Shown: positions 1-21,639 of the stretch, piece after piece
Numbering within the stretch: the first letter of the stretch is position 1
Layout of the letters: each line of letters begins with the position of its first letter
DNA from: the human T2T-CHM13v2.0 reference genome, Homo sapiens
Direction: 5' to 3' (one strand)
DNA length: 64,000 nt
Assembly (NCBI RefSeq): GCF_009914755.1
Contig: NC_060931.1
Position numbers and translations under genes: made by a program
The notes under the pieces: model-generated
Seen by the model: only the letters and a program-made list of their open reading frames with translations
Databases searched by the model: none
Told to the model about the DNA's origin: nothing

Positions 1-2
1 AT

Positions 3-308
<306 letters not shown>

Positions 309-3090
309 TAAGTGGCAATTACAGACCGACGGGAGAATGATGGATCATTGGTGATAAATACACAAAAACCCAACCAAACAAAGACAGTTACTCCAGGAAT
401 AACAAAAATGTGTGCAGGAAAGGAAAAGGATTCCAAGTACACAAGGAACTCAGCTGCCCCTATAGCACTTAGAAAGTCATGATAAAGTCAACAGTGAACA
501 CAGAGTTAAAACTCTGTGGGGACAGGGGAAAATATTTGTCATGGGAAGTGAGGGGATATTTGAGTAAGTGAATGTTGGATCTTTATCTTCCATAATGGCA
601 GGTTCATAACAATGGCTACAAACTATAGCAGTTAAAAGAATTAGCCGGGGCCCGGTGTGGTGGCTTACACCCATAATCTTAGCACTCTAGGAGGCCAAGG
701 CAGGCAGATCACTCGAGGTCCGGAGTTCAAGACCAGCCTGGCCAACATGGTGAAACCTGTCTCTACTAAAAATACAAAAAAAAAAAAGACCAGGCGCGGT
801 GGCTCACACATGTCCTCCCAACACTTTGGGAGGCCGAGGTGGGCAGATCACTTGAGGTCAGGAATTTGAGACCAGCCTCACCAACATGGTGAAATCCTAT
901 CTCTACTAAAAATACAAAAAGTAGCCAGGCATGATGGCAGGCATCTGTAGTCCCAGCTACTCAGGAGGCTGAGGCATGAGAATTGCTTAAACCCAGAGGT
1001 GGAAGCTGCAGTGAGCTGAGATCACGCCACTGCATTCCAGCCTGGGTGACAGAGCGAAACTCTGTCTCAAAAAAGAAAAAAAAAAAAAGAATTAGCTGGG
1101 GCCAGTCATGATGGCTCACACCTGTAATCCCAGCACATTGGGAGGCTGATGTAGGAGGACTGCTTGAGGCCAGTAGTTCAAGATCAGGCTGGACAACATA
1201 GCGAGACCCCATTTCTAAAAAAAATTATTTAAAAATTAGATTAGTTTTGCAAGGAAGCCTTATGGTAAAAAAAATAAAATTAAAAATAAATAAATAAAAA
1301 TAAATTAGCTTAGCATGGTGGTGCACACTCCTGTAGTCCCAGCTATGTGGGAGGCTGAGGTGGGAGGGTCGCTTGAGCCCAAGAGTTAGAGGTTACAGTA
1401 AAGTATGATCATACTACTGCACTCCAGCCTGGGCAATAGAGGAAGACTCTGTCTCTAAAAAGAAAAGAAAAAAAAGATTAGCTGATTACCTGGTTGTTTC
1501 TGGGAATCAAAAAATGGTTGGAGAAGGAGAAAAAGGCTGAGAGAATGCTGTTTTTTGGTAACAAGCCTGTATAACTATTCGGTTCTGGTAACTCTGTACA
1601 TGTATACCTTTAATGAAAATAAAACGCAAAACAAACAAATCAAGATCAGCAACTGATAACAGGCAGACACAAACGCCAGTCCTCCGACTTGGAGCCAACG
1701 TTCTTCCTGGCCTATCTCTACCCTTGCTCTCCAGCCTTTGCTTTTCCAGACTGGATAGTTCTGTCTGCATCCCTCATCATTTTAGTTGTCACTTCTGAGC
1801 TGGCTTTGTGCCATAATGTCTTTCTTGAGGTCACAGAACCAGAAACACACAGATTGCTCCAAGCACGCAGTTCTCCCAAGGCCCTCAACAAAGGCGGGTC
1901 ACAGTCCAGGTAAGCACCTCCTGACATTTCCCAGTAATTCTTTCCGTGGTTCTGCTCGCCACTCTCCAAAACTACACAGCTGCAAACTCAGGGAGTTCCC
2001 ACCATATATCCTTGCCCAGATATCCCTCAACTCAGGCCTAATCAGGGAGCAGATAAACCCGGAGACAAGGATGCATTAATCTACTTTTCCAACATCTGTG
2101 CCAAAGAGTACCCTAGCCCCCAACACTTAGAGCTGGCCTCATACAGTGGCTCACACCTGGAATCTCAGCACTTTGGGAGGCCGAGGTGGGAGGATCGCTT
2201 GAGCCCAGGAGTTCAAGGCCAGCCTGGGCAACATAGAGAGATCCTGTCTCTATTTAATAAATTAATAAAAATTAAAGAGAAAGAATCTTAGATGTTACTA
2301 AGTACTAGTAAGAGAAGACTAGGCCGGGCGTGGTGGCTCATGCTTATAATCCCAGCACTTTGGGAGGCCAAGGCGGGCGGATCATGAGGTCAGGAGATCA
2401 AAACCATCCTGGCTAACACGGTGAAACCCTGTCTCTACTAAAAATACAAAAAATTAGCCAGGCAAGGTGGCAGGCACCTATAGTCCCAGCTACTCAGGAG
2501 GCTGAGGCAGGAGAATGGCGGGAACCCGGAAGGTGGAGTTTGTAGTGAACCGAGATCATGCCGCTGCACTCCAGACTGGGCGACAGAGCGAGACTCCATC
2601 TCAAAAAAAAAAAAAAAAGAAGACTAATAGGAGCTGGTATTTCTCAATGCTCACATACATGTCAGGCACAATGTTGAGGACTTTTCATGCTTTCTATCGT
2701 TTAATCCTTTCCATGACCCTATACTGTCCAGGCTGGTGTCGAACTCCTGGGCTCAAGTGATCCACTCGCCTTGGCCTCCCAAAGTGCTGGGATTAAAGCA
2801 TGAGCCACCACGCCTGGCCCTCCACGCTCTTTTAATGGATCTCTACTGAATGGATTCAGATTGACCCATGTCTGTCATCCTCTCTGTAAAACAGTCTGCC
2901 TGATACCCATAGCAGGTAAACTGTCTGGTTCCAAAGTCCAGGCTCAGAACCACTCCAGTCTTTAGACACAACCTAGACCCAGACACAAGGCTGGGTCTCC
3001 CTCAGGTTTGGACTATTACTTGTGGCATGGACTCTAGGGGAGTTATTTTTCCTTTTCTAATCCTCGGCTTCCTCTAGGAAACTGGATTAA

Positions 3091-3468
<378 letters not shown>

Positions 3469-3978
3469 TAAGGCTGGTCTCAAACTCCTGACCTCAAGTG
3501 ATCTGCCCGCGTTGGCCTCCCAAAGTGCTGGGATTACAGGCGTGAGTTACCATGCCCAGCCTCAAGTTTCTTCTTAAAAGTTAAAGGGAATCTCTCTGAG
3601 CCTACTCTGGCTCTAAAGGCTGACCCCCACTTCTAAAAGAAGTTAAAGAAACATATCTGTGGCTGCCAGCCTGCAATCACTTATTAAATAATCTCTCAGG
3701 TCCCTGCCAGGTCTAACTTTCTCTATGTCAAACAGGTTTAGTCGTTTGGGGCACAGGTTTACTGCAATGGCATGATATTCAGACACTCCATGTGGCCTCT
3801 GATTTAGTGTCAAAAGGTTTTTCTCCTGGCCTGGGCAACATAGCAAAACCTCATCTCAGCCGGGTGCGGTGGCTCACGCCTATAATCCCAGCACTTTGAG
3901 AGGCCGAGGTGGGCGGATCACCTGAGGTCGGGAGTTCAAAACCAGCCTCACCAACATGGAGAAACCCAATCTCTACTA

Positions 3979-4175
<197 letters not shown>

Positions 4176-4258
4176 TCAAAAAATTAGCTGGTCACAGCCA
4201 TGCACGGTGGCTCACACCTGTAATCCCAGCACTTTGGGAGGCCAAAGCGGGTGGATCA

Positions 4259-4471
<213 letters not shown>

Positions 4472-5127
4472 CTAAAAAAAAAATTAGCTGGGCATAGTGC
4501 CACACATCTGTAGTCCCAGCTACTCAGGAGGCTCTAAGAGGATGGCTTGAGCCCAGAAGTTCGAGGCTGCAGTGAGCTATGTTCACACCACTGCACTCCA
4601 GCCTGGGTGACACAGCAAGACCCTGTCTCAAAAAAAAAAAAAAAGTTTTTCTGGAGAATTATTTTTGTTATATGCTACAAGCTAGGCCTACTGGGAAGGC
4701 CAGGATCCAAAGACACTCCCAAAGTTGTGCAACGCTCAGCCTGTGCAACTGTACCTGGGAGCCCTAAGCAGAGGACAGAAGATGGTAAGTGGGCAGAAGT
4801 AACTAATTGCAAAAAGTCTTCCTTATTGGGTAAGTTATCTGGGTGAATAACTTTGGGAAACCAGTTCTTCTGGGGGGGCAAAGGCCCATGTGATCAATGC
4901 AGAAGTTACCCACAGAAGCTATGTGCAGCCACTGTTAACCAGGAGAGAGGGTCTCATAGAGAGGGAAGAGGCAAACAGGATCCCATGTGCAAGCTAAGAA
5001 TCAGGACAGCAAAGCTAGCCTAACAAGGGCCAGGTGTCAAAAGGCAGTGGGCTCCAACAGGGCTGCTACCTCACTAGTGTAACTGACAGTGTAACTGACA
5101 GGCTGCTGCTTCAATAACTGCACGCTA

Positions 5128-5500
<373 letters not shown>

Positions 5501-6155
5501 TCATTACAGAGCCAGACTGAAGACCTATAGTTATAGTGGGCAGGGACCAGGCAGATCAGAGACAGCCACAGCTTGGAGAAGTAAGACTTCCCGATTCCTA
5601 ATCCAGTGCTCTGGGAGCTCTTGGCTCCTCTGCAGCCAAACCCAGAATGCTGGGACATTCCAGACCACCACCATGAGCCTGAGTAAGTATCCGGATGCGG
5701 CAGGCCTACCCTGGGGGAAGCACCTATTTACTTCCCGTTCCGTTTCCTAGCTGTAAGCTCTCTTTCCAGCAGAGATGCCATCATGACCCTACAGTTGCAC
5801 TGGGATTTCTCACTTTCCTTTTTCTAATAGACAGCATAGCACTTGATAAAAAAAAATTTTTTTTAAGGTTAAGTAAATTATATCTGTGATCCCCAAACTT
5901 GGAATTGCAACAAAGAACTCCATGGCTCAGCAGGAAAAAAAATGTTTTGAACAGGCTGCTGAATTGTTTTTCCAGGATAAGACTTTTGTGCATGAGTGCC
6001 AGGGGTGTAAATCCAGTGTTTGATCTGCAGCCACGACAAGCACCAATGAAACGACAAGTATTCCTGTAGGTCTGAAAGGGTGGCCTGTCTGTCTATGCAG
6101 CGAGACATGGGACCCATCAGGCCTCCTGCCCTGAAGCAGGAGTTACCTGTTATCC

Positions 6156-6915
<760 letters not shown>

Positions 6916-6933
6916 GAAGGCCTCCTGTTCTGA

Positions 6934-7284
<351 letters not shown>

Positions 7285-7327
7285 TGATCCGCCTTGGCCT
7301 CCCAAAGTGCTGGGATTACAGGCGTGA

Positions 7328-7462
<135 letters not shown>

Positions 7463-8285
7463 TGAGTAGCTGCAATTACAGGCACCCGGCACCATGCTTG
7501 GCTAATTTTTGTATTTTTAGTAGAGACAGAGTTTTGCCATGTTGGCCAGGCTGGTCTCCAACTTCTGACCTCAGGTGATCTGCCCGCCTTGCCCTCCCAA
7601 AGTGCTGGGATTACAGATGTGAGCCACTGCACCCAGCCTAAAAAACTGCCCAAAGTGCTGGGATTACAGGCGTGAGCCACCATGCCTAGCCATCGCCACT
7701 AATTTATTTTCTATTTAACAGACATCCTCAGCCTTAGCTGGGATAAAGCCCTCTGCTAGATGCTGGGGCAATATACTAAAAGTTGAATGAGAAATTTAGG
7801 GCCTGTGTGCCAGTAAGGAAGGTAGACACAAGACACGAATGAATGGAAGCCACAACTTGGGCATGTGGAATAGCAACACTCTGAGTCTGGCTAACAACAG
7901 GGCTCAATTTCCTGGCTGCAAGTTACAGCAGCTCTAGGAAGATGCTGCTTGCAGATGCGTGGTTCATAAATCAAACGCTCCCCAATTCTAGGGCAGCATT
8001 GGGAATGCTTCCGAGGGGAGGCAGAATTTGAGAGAGACCTCAAAGGATGCATCAACAGGGTAAGGGGCAGGTTCTTAGACACTGTCTCCTACTCTGACTC
8101 TGTGGGGGGAGTTCTGTTGTGTTGGTTGTTTTTAGGGGCAGAGTCTCACTCTGTCACTCAGGCTGGAGTACGGTGGTGCCATCATAGCTCACTGCAGCCT
8201 CCAACTTGGGCTCAAGCGATCCTCCCACCTCAGCCTTCCTAGTAGCTGGGAATACAGGCATGCACCACCACACCTGGCTAATTAA

Positions 8286-10610
<2,325 letters not shown>

Positions 10611-10620
10611 GGAATTTTCA

Positions 10621-10915
<295 letters not shown>

Positions 10916-11039
10916 CTAGGTGACAAAGCGAGACTCCATCTCAAAAAAAAAAAAAAAAAAACTTAGCAAAATAAATGTCTGTACCTTTTCTAAGTCACAC
11001 ATATCTAAGCCACTGACCCGGCTTCCGCTTTAAAGGGAG

Positions 11040-11250
11040 ATACAGAAAGAAAGTATAAAATTTGGGGCCAGACAAGCCAGGTTCAAACCTCAGTTCTGCC
11101 ACTTCCTGAGTGCTCTCAAACAAGTCTTTTAATCTCTCTGAGCCTCAGTGTCTGTATTTGAAAACTGACCACAACCATCTACTGCATGCTTGCTCTGTGG
11201 CTTCAAAGGAGTAATGTGTCAACATGCCTTTAAACGATAGTGTTAGTTGT
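11040..11250 (+). mobile_element. MIR SINE (other MIR-like pieces at ~15200-15350, 16250-16470, 18120-18560, 38540-38770)
   Basis: MIR core GGTTCAAACCTCAGTTCTGCCACTT...AATCTCTCTGAGCCTCAGT...TGTATTTGAAAACTG. Confidence 0.65.
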
Positions 11251-12019
11251 GTTAAACACAAGCCATAGGCCACACTGGCTTCCTGAGCTGTCTTGTGGCA
11301 GTATTAGCAGAGGCAGCAGCAGCAACCTTTCTGATCCAAGAAAAGATGCCATTCTCTCTTCCTCTGAGCCAGCAGACACCTTAAATCACGGTCCCTCTCC
11401 CCTCACAAGTCCTGCCCACACACTGGGAACAGAGCTCCTCCCTGGCTGCCCAGGCAGGAAAACAGGAAACAGCCACCACCCTGCCGGGAGGTGGGGCTGA
11501 CAAGTTCTCTTTCCCAGGTGGGCATCTCTCCAGGTCATCAACCCTCCTTGATGCAGGAGGAGAGCTGGCCGCCAGCCCACTGCACAAGGCTGTGCCCGCT
11601 GCCACACCCAGGTCTCAGCCACACCTCGCCTTGAGGCAGTGGAATAAGTGGGCCAATGAATGGGGAGCAGAAAACAGTCTTCATCAGTGCCTTGCAGAAG
11701 TGCCAGAGGGGGAACCCTTTCAGTGCCCAAGTGGGGCAGGGAATCTGATCTCCTGGGCCATAGGGACACGCCCCATCCTTCTTAACGTGCAGCACCAACC
11801 CTTTATTTTTATTTTTTTTAATCTTCTTTTTCAGAGATGGGGTCTCTGCACTCCAGCCTGGGAGACACAGCGAGACTCTGTCTCAAAAAAAAAAAAAAAA
11901 AAAAAAAGGACAGGGACCAGGGACCAGGGACGAGAGACCCTGATGGTGCCATATCAGGCAGGGTCTCAGAGAAGGCAGCAAAAGTTTTTGAAAAAGGGCA
12001 GTTATAAAAGTAGTTGTCA

Positions 12020-12190
12020 GTGAAGGGGGAGTATGGTGGGGGGAAGTGGGGTGAAAAACTACCTATGGGGTACTATGCTCACTACCTAGGTGACAGGATC
12101 ATTCATACCCCAAAACTCAGTGACATGCAGTTTACCCATGTAACAAGCCTGCGCATGTACCATCTGAACTTAAAAGTTGAGGAAAAAAAG
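12020..12190 (+). mobile_element. L1 3' end fragment (L1PB/L1MA-like) with A-rich tail
   Basis: GAAAAACTACCTATGGGGTACTATGCTCACTACCTAGGTGACAGGATC...CCATGTAACAAGCCTGCGCATGTACC...AAAAGTTGA. Confidence 0.8.
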
Positions 12191-12407
12191 TGTAGAGGAA
12201 ACAGAAGAAAAAAAAAAACCAAAATTCTAACAAGTGAATAAAAATAAGAAACTAGAACAGGAAAAAAAAAAAAAAAGAAGCAGCATTGTTGGGCCAGGTG
12301 CAGTGACTCAATAATCCCAACAATTTGGGAGGCTGAGGCGAGAGGATCGCTTCAGGCCAGGAGTTTGAGACAAGCCTGGGCAACATAGTGAGATCTTGTC
12401 TCTGCAA

Positions 12408-12438
<31 letters not shown>

Positions 12439-12714
12439 TAGCTGGGTGTGGCAGCACATACCTGTAGTCCCACCTGCTCAGGAGGCTGAGGTGGGAGAAT
12501 CACTTGAGCCCAGGAATTCGAGGCTGCAGTGAGCTATGATCGCATCACTGCATTCCAGCCTGGGCAACACAGCAAGACTCTATCTCTTAAAAAACAAAAA
12601 AGCGGCCGGGCGCAATGGCTCACGCCTGTATTCCCAGTACTTTGGGAGGCTGAGGTGGGCAGATCACCTGAGGTCAGGAGTTCGAGACCAGCCTGGCTAA
12701 CATGGCAAAACCTA

Positions 12715-12843
<129 letters not shown>

Positions 12844-13396
12844 CTACTGCACTCCAGTCTGGTTGACAAGAACGATACTCTGTCTCAAAACAAAACAAAC
12901 AAACAAACAAAAATCACAGTGTTGGATTTGAGGGACACTGTCCAGAACAGGTGATTTAGAGGGCAGGCAGGATGAGATGACAAAAATCCAGGCAAGATGT
13001 AATAAGAGCAGGAAATGCAAGATTCACAGGATGAATGGGTGAGACAAGTCTCACAGAGGCACTCAACAGAATGCGGCTGTGAGGGCAGGAAGGAGGGAGG
13101 GCTCAGAACTGACACCAGAGAGAAGGTGGGGACCATTGTCCTGCCATGGGGCCGCCCGAGGGGGTACAGTTGTCCAGTGGGAAGTGGTCACTCAGGCTGG
13201 GAAGTCAGGAGGGAGATGTGGGGAGTCAGTGCCACAGAAGTGAGAACAGAAACCATCAGACAGAGGTGAGGGCAAAGGAAGTGGACAGGAGGTAAAAGAG
13301 AAGTGGGGTGAGGACAACGCCTTGGGGACCCCAAGCATAAGGAGGAAGAGAGCAGAGGGTGCCAGGCAGTGACAGAAGGACAAACAGAGAGCATAG

Positions 13397-13665
<269 letters not shown>

Positions 13666-14363
13666 TGACCTCAGGTGATCCACCCGCCTCGGCCTCCCAA
13701 AGTGCTGGGATTACAAGTGTGAGCCACCGTGTCCAGCCTAAAATAGGAATTATAATTCATACATGTGTTGCAAGGATCGAAAAGGGTGGCTCATGTAAGG
13801 CCTTTACCATTTGCACACAGTATGTGGGCAGTAATTTTTTTTTTTTTTTTGAGACAAGGTCTTTCTCTGTTGCCCAGGCTGGAGTGCAGTGGTGTGATCT
13901 CGGCTCAATGCAACCTCCCCACTTTCCGGGTTCAAGCGATCCTCCTGCTTCAGCCTCCCGAGTAGCTGGGATTACAGGCATGCACCACCACGCCCAGCTA
14001 ATTTTTGTATTTTTAGTAGAGAATGGGTTTCACCGTGTTGGCCAGGATGGTCTCGAACTCCTGGCCTCAAGTGATCCGCCCGCCTCAGCCTCCCAAAGTG
14101 CCAGGATTACAGGCATGAGCCACCATGCCTGGTCAGTAAATGTTGACGATTACCATTACCATCACTGGGAAGAAACTCAGGACAGTACAAAACCAGGGAC
14201 CAAAAGAAAGCTCTTAACTTCCTTCTTAAGTTTTCAATACCCACTAAAGGAGCAAGGTTGGGGAGATAGAAGGGTACAGAAGTTTAAGAAGCCAGTTCTG
14301 GGCCAGGCGCAGTTGCTCCCGCCTGTAATCCCAGCACTTTGGGAGGCCAAGGTGGGCGGATCA

Positions 14364-14576
<213 letters not shown>

Positions 14577-15349
14577 TCAAAAAAAAAAAAAAAAAAAACG
14601 CCAGCTCTGATTGTCAAGTAAATGGAAAAATGGGGTTCACGAGCAGCTCTCCTTGCAAGAAGGCACCTGCTCAGACTTCAGGCAAGGGGTGACTTCTTTG
14701 TGCACCTGCTCCAGAAGCAGAAGGGGTGGGGCGCCAGGTTCAAGGCTCAGGGTGCTACACAGCCTGGCTCTGAGCATTTGCATTCCTAAAGAACAAACCT
14801 GACACAGATGCTTCTTACCTGCAGGAAGCAGGCTTAGGGCCATCTTGGTTTTCTGAGTATAACCAGAACCAACTGAGCCACCCAAAGTCCGTGGGGTGCC
14901 AGGGGTGTGGGAACCCATCAGGACCCACGGTCTCCATCTTGATTGCACATGAGAACCACCTGGGACTTTACAAAATGTCAATGATCACCCCATACCAATG
15001 AGACAGAATCCTTATGCAGGGGGCCCAGAGAAACAGTATTTTATTTTTTCAAAGAGCTCTCCAGCCAGGGTTGAGAACCGCAGATCCTTCTAGCCCAGCC
15101 CTAAAATTTTTTAGCTGCTGAACTAAGGCTGAGCATCTGCTTAAGATCATGAGCAAGAGGGCAGAAGTACCCCCAACGTAAACATGAAAAAAAGGACTTT
15201 GCCATTTGGTTGTGAAGTCCTGGCTTCTCGGTTCACTCGCTGTGTGACCTTGGACAAGTCACTTAGCCTCTCTGAGCCTGAGCTATTAAAATGAAATCAT
15301 AGATATAAATCACCCAGCATGTTCCTGGTACCCAGCAGGCCCTCAATAA

Positions 15350-15640
<291 letters not shown>

Positions 15641-15648
15641 TGATTTGA

Positions 15649-15909
<261 letters not shown>

Positions 15910-16566
15910 TGAACACGACAAGTCCTGATTCAGTAGTTCTGGGTGGTGCCCAACATCCTAATGGCCCTGGTGATGCTGGTGTTTCGGGGCCTGACCACAT
16001 CAGAGCCCCAAGGCTTGTCCAGGAGCCCCGCAGTGGCCAGTCTGCCTCCCTGCTGACTCACGAGCCCCCCAGAGCCGGTCTCTTTATCTTACTCATCTCT
16101 GTGTCTCCTCCACGGTATGTGCTCACTAAACGGATGTTGAAGAAATAAACAAACCATGGAGAAAACCATTTTCCAGCTAAGTAAAAACAGACTATTTTAT
16201 TTGTCCTGTGATTGACAGCCCTCCTGGCTGATTCCAGAATTGCCCTCTTGGCTGGTGGGAGGACAGTGTGGTCGAACGGGCCTGACACTTGGAACCTGGA
16301 GTCATGGTTTTGAATCCTGGCCCTTCCACTCACCCGTGGGATGACCCTGGGCACGTTACCAAGCTCTTTGAGTCACGATGTCCTCATCCATAAAATGAAA
16401 ATGATAATGACTGACCACCGTGTGGTCCCAATGATGGCTAGAAACATGCTTTATAAACTGTAAAGTACTCCTGATAAGGTCTCCTTATTACGGCTGGGTT
16501 TTCTTTTCTTTTCCTTTCTTTTCTTTTTCTTTTTTTTTTTTTTTTGAGGGCAGGCAGTACTTTTCA

Positions 16567-17373
<807 letters not shown>

Positions 17374-18708
17374 TTAAAGATCAGCTAAGCATGGTGGCAT
17401 GCTCCTGTAGTCCCAGCACTCAGGAGGCTAAGGCAGGAGGATCACTTGAGCCCAGGAGTCCGAGGCAAAACTGAGCTATGATGGTGCCACTGCACTCCAG
17501 ACTGGACAATAGAGCGAGACCATCTCTTACATAAAAATAAATAAAGTAATTATTAATATATCCTGTGGCCCAGGGCTGAACTACCCACCTAGGCCCAGGG
17601 TTCCCTTGCTGACCCCATTCACCACTAACCATGAGCTTCAGGATGCAGGCAAGAGCAAGACACAGACCTGCCCTCAATAAGCTCAGTGTTCAATGGGGGC
17701 CACAGAGAGAAATGATGCCAGCACAAGGTCACAGGAACTAGGAGAGGTCACCAGCCCTGCTATAGTTCAGAGGAGGGAGTGGCCAATTTTGCCTCTCTGT
17801 CTACCCCAGCCAATGAGTCTCCACTGCACCCGCTGGGAAGTTTATCTGCCTAGTCTAGATGTCTCTTTATTTATGTTCTTCCGTCACTGGAATGCCCCAT
17901 CCCCTCCTCCACCCAGCAAGCACTAACTCATGCTACAAGATGTGCTTCAGTCCTCGGGGAGGGCTCCCAACCCCAAAGCCTGTGCTTTATCCACGTGCTC
18001 TTGGTAATTATCCCATTACCTAGTACCACATCTATCCCTCTAAGGAAGAGTTAATCACAGCCTGCTTGATTGCTCACACTTCTGCTGTCTCGGGTTCGTC
18101 TCCCCAGTCAGATTATAACAATAATCACTGAACTAGTGCTCCACAGTTTACAAAATGCCTTCAGGCATATTGGGCTTAATTGAATCCCCACAATAAATCA
18201 GCCAGGTAAGTATTATGTTTATTTGACAATAAGGAAACCGAGGCTTAGAAAGGTTAGACAACTTCCCAGAGACCACAAGGCCCATATACATGCCCAGCTG
18301 TAAGCCTCAAATGCCTTCTAACTCCAATGCCAGCATCTGCTCAGTACTCAGAGGCTGCCTGAGGCAGTGGGTAAAGGTTGAGACCGTTTCCAGCTGTGTG
18401 ACTTCTGGTGAGTTACTTAACCTCTCTGTGCCTCAATCGTCCTGAGAGTAAAATGTGGCTGATACCCACCTCATCCGTTCTTGTCAAGATTTAAAAAGAT
18501 AATACAATGATGTCCTTAGAATACTGCCAAACACAATAATTAGTTAGTTATTATTATACCTTGGCTGATTCTCATGGTCTCCTAACTCATTAAATTTTTT
18601 CTAATTCATTTTTTATATCTCATAATACATTCTTCCCCTTTTTTCCCTTTGCTTACCAAGCTCTGCAACCTCATAATACATTTGATAGGTAGTCATTAAA
18701 CAAAATAA

Positions 18709-18921
<213 letters not shown>

Positions 18922-20445
18922 TGATACCACAACCAGCTAATTTTATTTTTTGTAGAGATGGGGTCTTACTATGTTGTCCAGGCTGGTTCTTTTTCTTTAC
19001 TCTCCTACACCCCTAAAGAGTTTCACCACCAGAGGCTGGGTGCAGTGGCTCACACCTGAAATCCCAGCACTTTGGGAGGCTGAGGTGGGAAGATCGCTTG
19101 AGGCTAGTTCAAGACCAGCCTGGGAAAACACAGTGAGACCTCCGTCTCAAAAAAAAAAAAAGTTAAAAATAAGAGTTTCAACATCAGAAAAATTCTCTTT
19201 TTCTGCTCCACTCTACTTCACCCCCACCCACCCCACCCAGGTCAAATCTGGCCAATCACAAATGTCCCACAGAATGTAAAACACCAGAAAACACTGACCT
19301 AGACTCTCCTGTTGGGCCGTCCCTGGATAGCAGGGAAACATACCACTCACGGGTGGAAACTTTCACAAACCTAATTTCTATCACTATTATGGGTCAAAGT
19401 CTTACGCATATTTCTCTATTGCTCTAGTTTTTACTTATTTGAGACTCTAGAAGGAACGGGTTGTTAAAAAATAATATCTATTTATTTTCTTATTTCATTT
19501 ATTAAAAAAAAAAATAGGGCTGGGTGCCATGGCTCATGCCTGTAGTCCCAGCACTTTGGGAGGCAGAAGCAGAAGAATCACTTGACGCCAGGAGTTTGAG
19601 ACCAGTCCGGGCAACACAGTGAGACCCCCATCTCTATGAAAATATAAAAATAAAAGGAATATACACACTGTTTCATGGAGCAAGAAGCCTCATGTAACTA
19701 GGCAGCTAGCAGAGGCACTAACATCCAAGACCAATGGAAAACTTCCTTCTTTTCAGGGGTCGGGTCCATGAAACCAGAGAACAAGCCTCAAACCTAGCTG
19801 GATCCTGGGAGGCAGAAGTGAAATGACCATTTCCCACTTCCCTCCTGGGGTAGGATAACCAGGTAGAGAAGACTCCCTGCTTCACACCATCCAGACACAC
19901 CTGCATGGAGGCACTTTCTTTTTTTCTTTTTCTTTTTTTTTTTTGTAGAGACAGGGTCCCACTGCTTCACACTATCCAGACACACCTGCGCGCGGTTTTC
20001 TTTCTTTTTTTCACTTTTTTGTAGAGATAGAGTCTCACTCTGTCACCCAGGCTGGAGTGCAGTGGCACGATCATAGCCCATTGCAGCCTCAGCCTCCTGG
20101 CTCAAGTGACCCTCATGCCTCAGCCTCTCAAACAGCTGGGACTATAGGTGTATGCCACCACACGAGGATAATTTTAAAATTTTTTCAAAATAGAGGCGGG
20201 ATCTCAGTGTGTTGTCCAGGCAGGTATCGAACTCCTGGGATCAAGTGATCCTCCCACCTTGGCCTCCCAAAGTATGGGGATTACAGGTGTGAGCTAATGC
20301 ACCCAGCCTAATTTTTTTATTTTTTGTAGAGACACGGTCGCACTATGTTGCCCAGGTTGGGGGCCAAAGGTTTTCAGAATAAGAAGAGGGGATGAAGTCC
20401 TCTGGGGGTGAAAAGCTTTATTCTTTTTTATTATTATTATTTTGA

Positions 20446-20607
<162 letters not shown>

Positions 20608-21639
20608 TAGTAGAGACAGGGTTTCACCATGTTGGCCAGGCTGGTCTCAAACTCCTGACGTCAGGTGATCCACCCGCCTCGGCCTCCCAAAGTGCTGGGA
20701 TTACAGGTGTGAGGTACCGCGCCCGGCCAAAAGCTCTATTCTTTGAAAGATTCCATATACAGAACCTTCAGTCAGATTCTCACTGTCTTTTCTAACTAAA
20801 ATCCCAAAGCCCTTTCCCTCCAACTGTGTTTGGGGGAAGTATTCCTCGCATAACACATCAGGGGACCAGCCTCTGGAGAGGGGGACCCAAATGGATCTTC
20901 AAAGGTTCCACTCTGAGCACAAGAGTGTAGAAGAAATCTGCCCCTCCAGCATTGGCACTGGGATTAAAAGAAGCGTTGTACTCTTTGAAATGGATTTTAC
21001 ATACAAATGAACTGATGAACACCATCAACATGTCAGCTTAATTCAGCCCAATCAATACACCAGGCATTAAAAACTCGGAGAAAAAAATGGATTGTGGCTT
21101 TTTGTTGATGACACTGAGGAATTTTGGCCCCAAGCCCTGGTCAGGCAGGACAAATAGGGCAGTCTGCCTATTAGCTGTCAGGCACATCTTGGGGGATAAA
21201 ACCAAGACCCCAAGTCAGGGCTCAGGGGCACCATGGTCTCCACTTTAGCCCCCAAAGTAATTTTCCCACAAAGTGGCCACACTTTGCATTTCCTACATTC
21301 CTTTTCCCTGCTCCGACCCCTTCCGCCCGGCCTCAGAGCTGACAGCTGGGGCTGGCCAGAGCCAAGCAAGAGGCATCGAGAAAGGGGGATGCTAAGGGGT
21401 GGGGGGTGGGAAGGGATGTCAATGCAACCAAGAAGTGATCGGAGGGGAAGAGAGGTCCCCTCACCCTTCACATTCCCAGCCCGGCGCCCCCACTCTCCGC
21501 CCCCACACTTGAGCCTCCAAGTGGCTCCCGTGCGCTTCCCTTGTTTAGGGGCAACCCTTCCATTCCGCCCCTTTTCAGTTCCTTCCCCTCTCACCTCATC
21601 TTGGGACTCCTGCCCGGTACCCAGCCGATCAGGCTCCTC

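Noticed and set aside
5076-5099. 12-bp tandem duplication AGTGTAACTGAC x2, and the 16-bp duplication at 49865-49896
   Set aside because: Ordinary slippage micro-duplications with no evidence of function.
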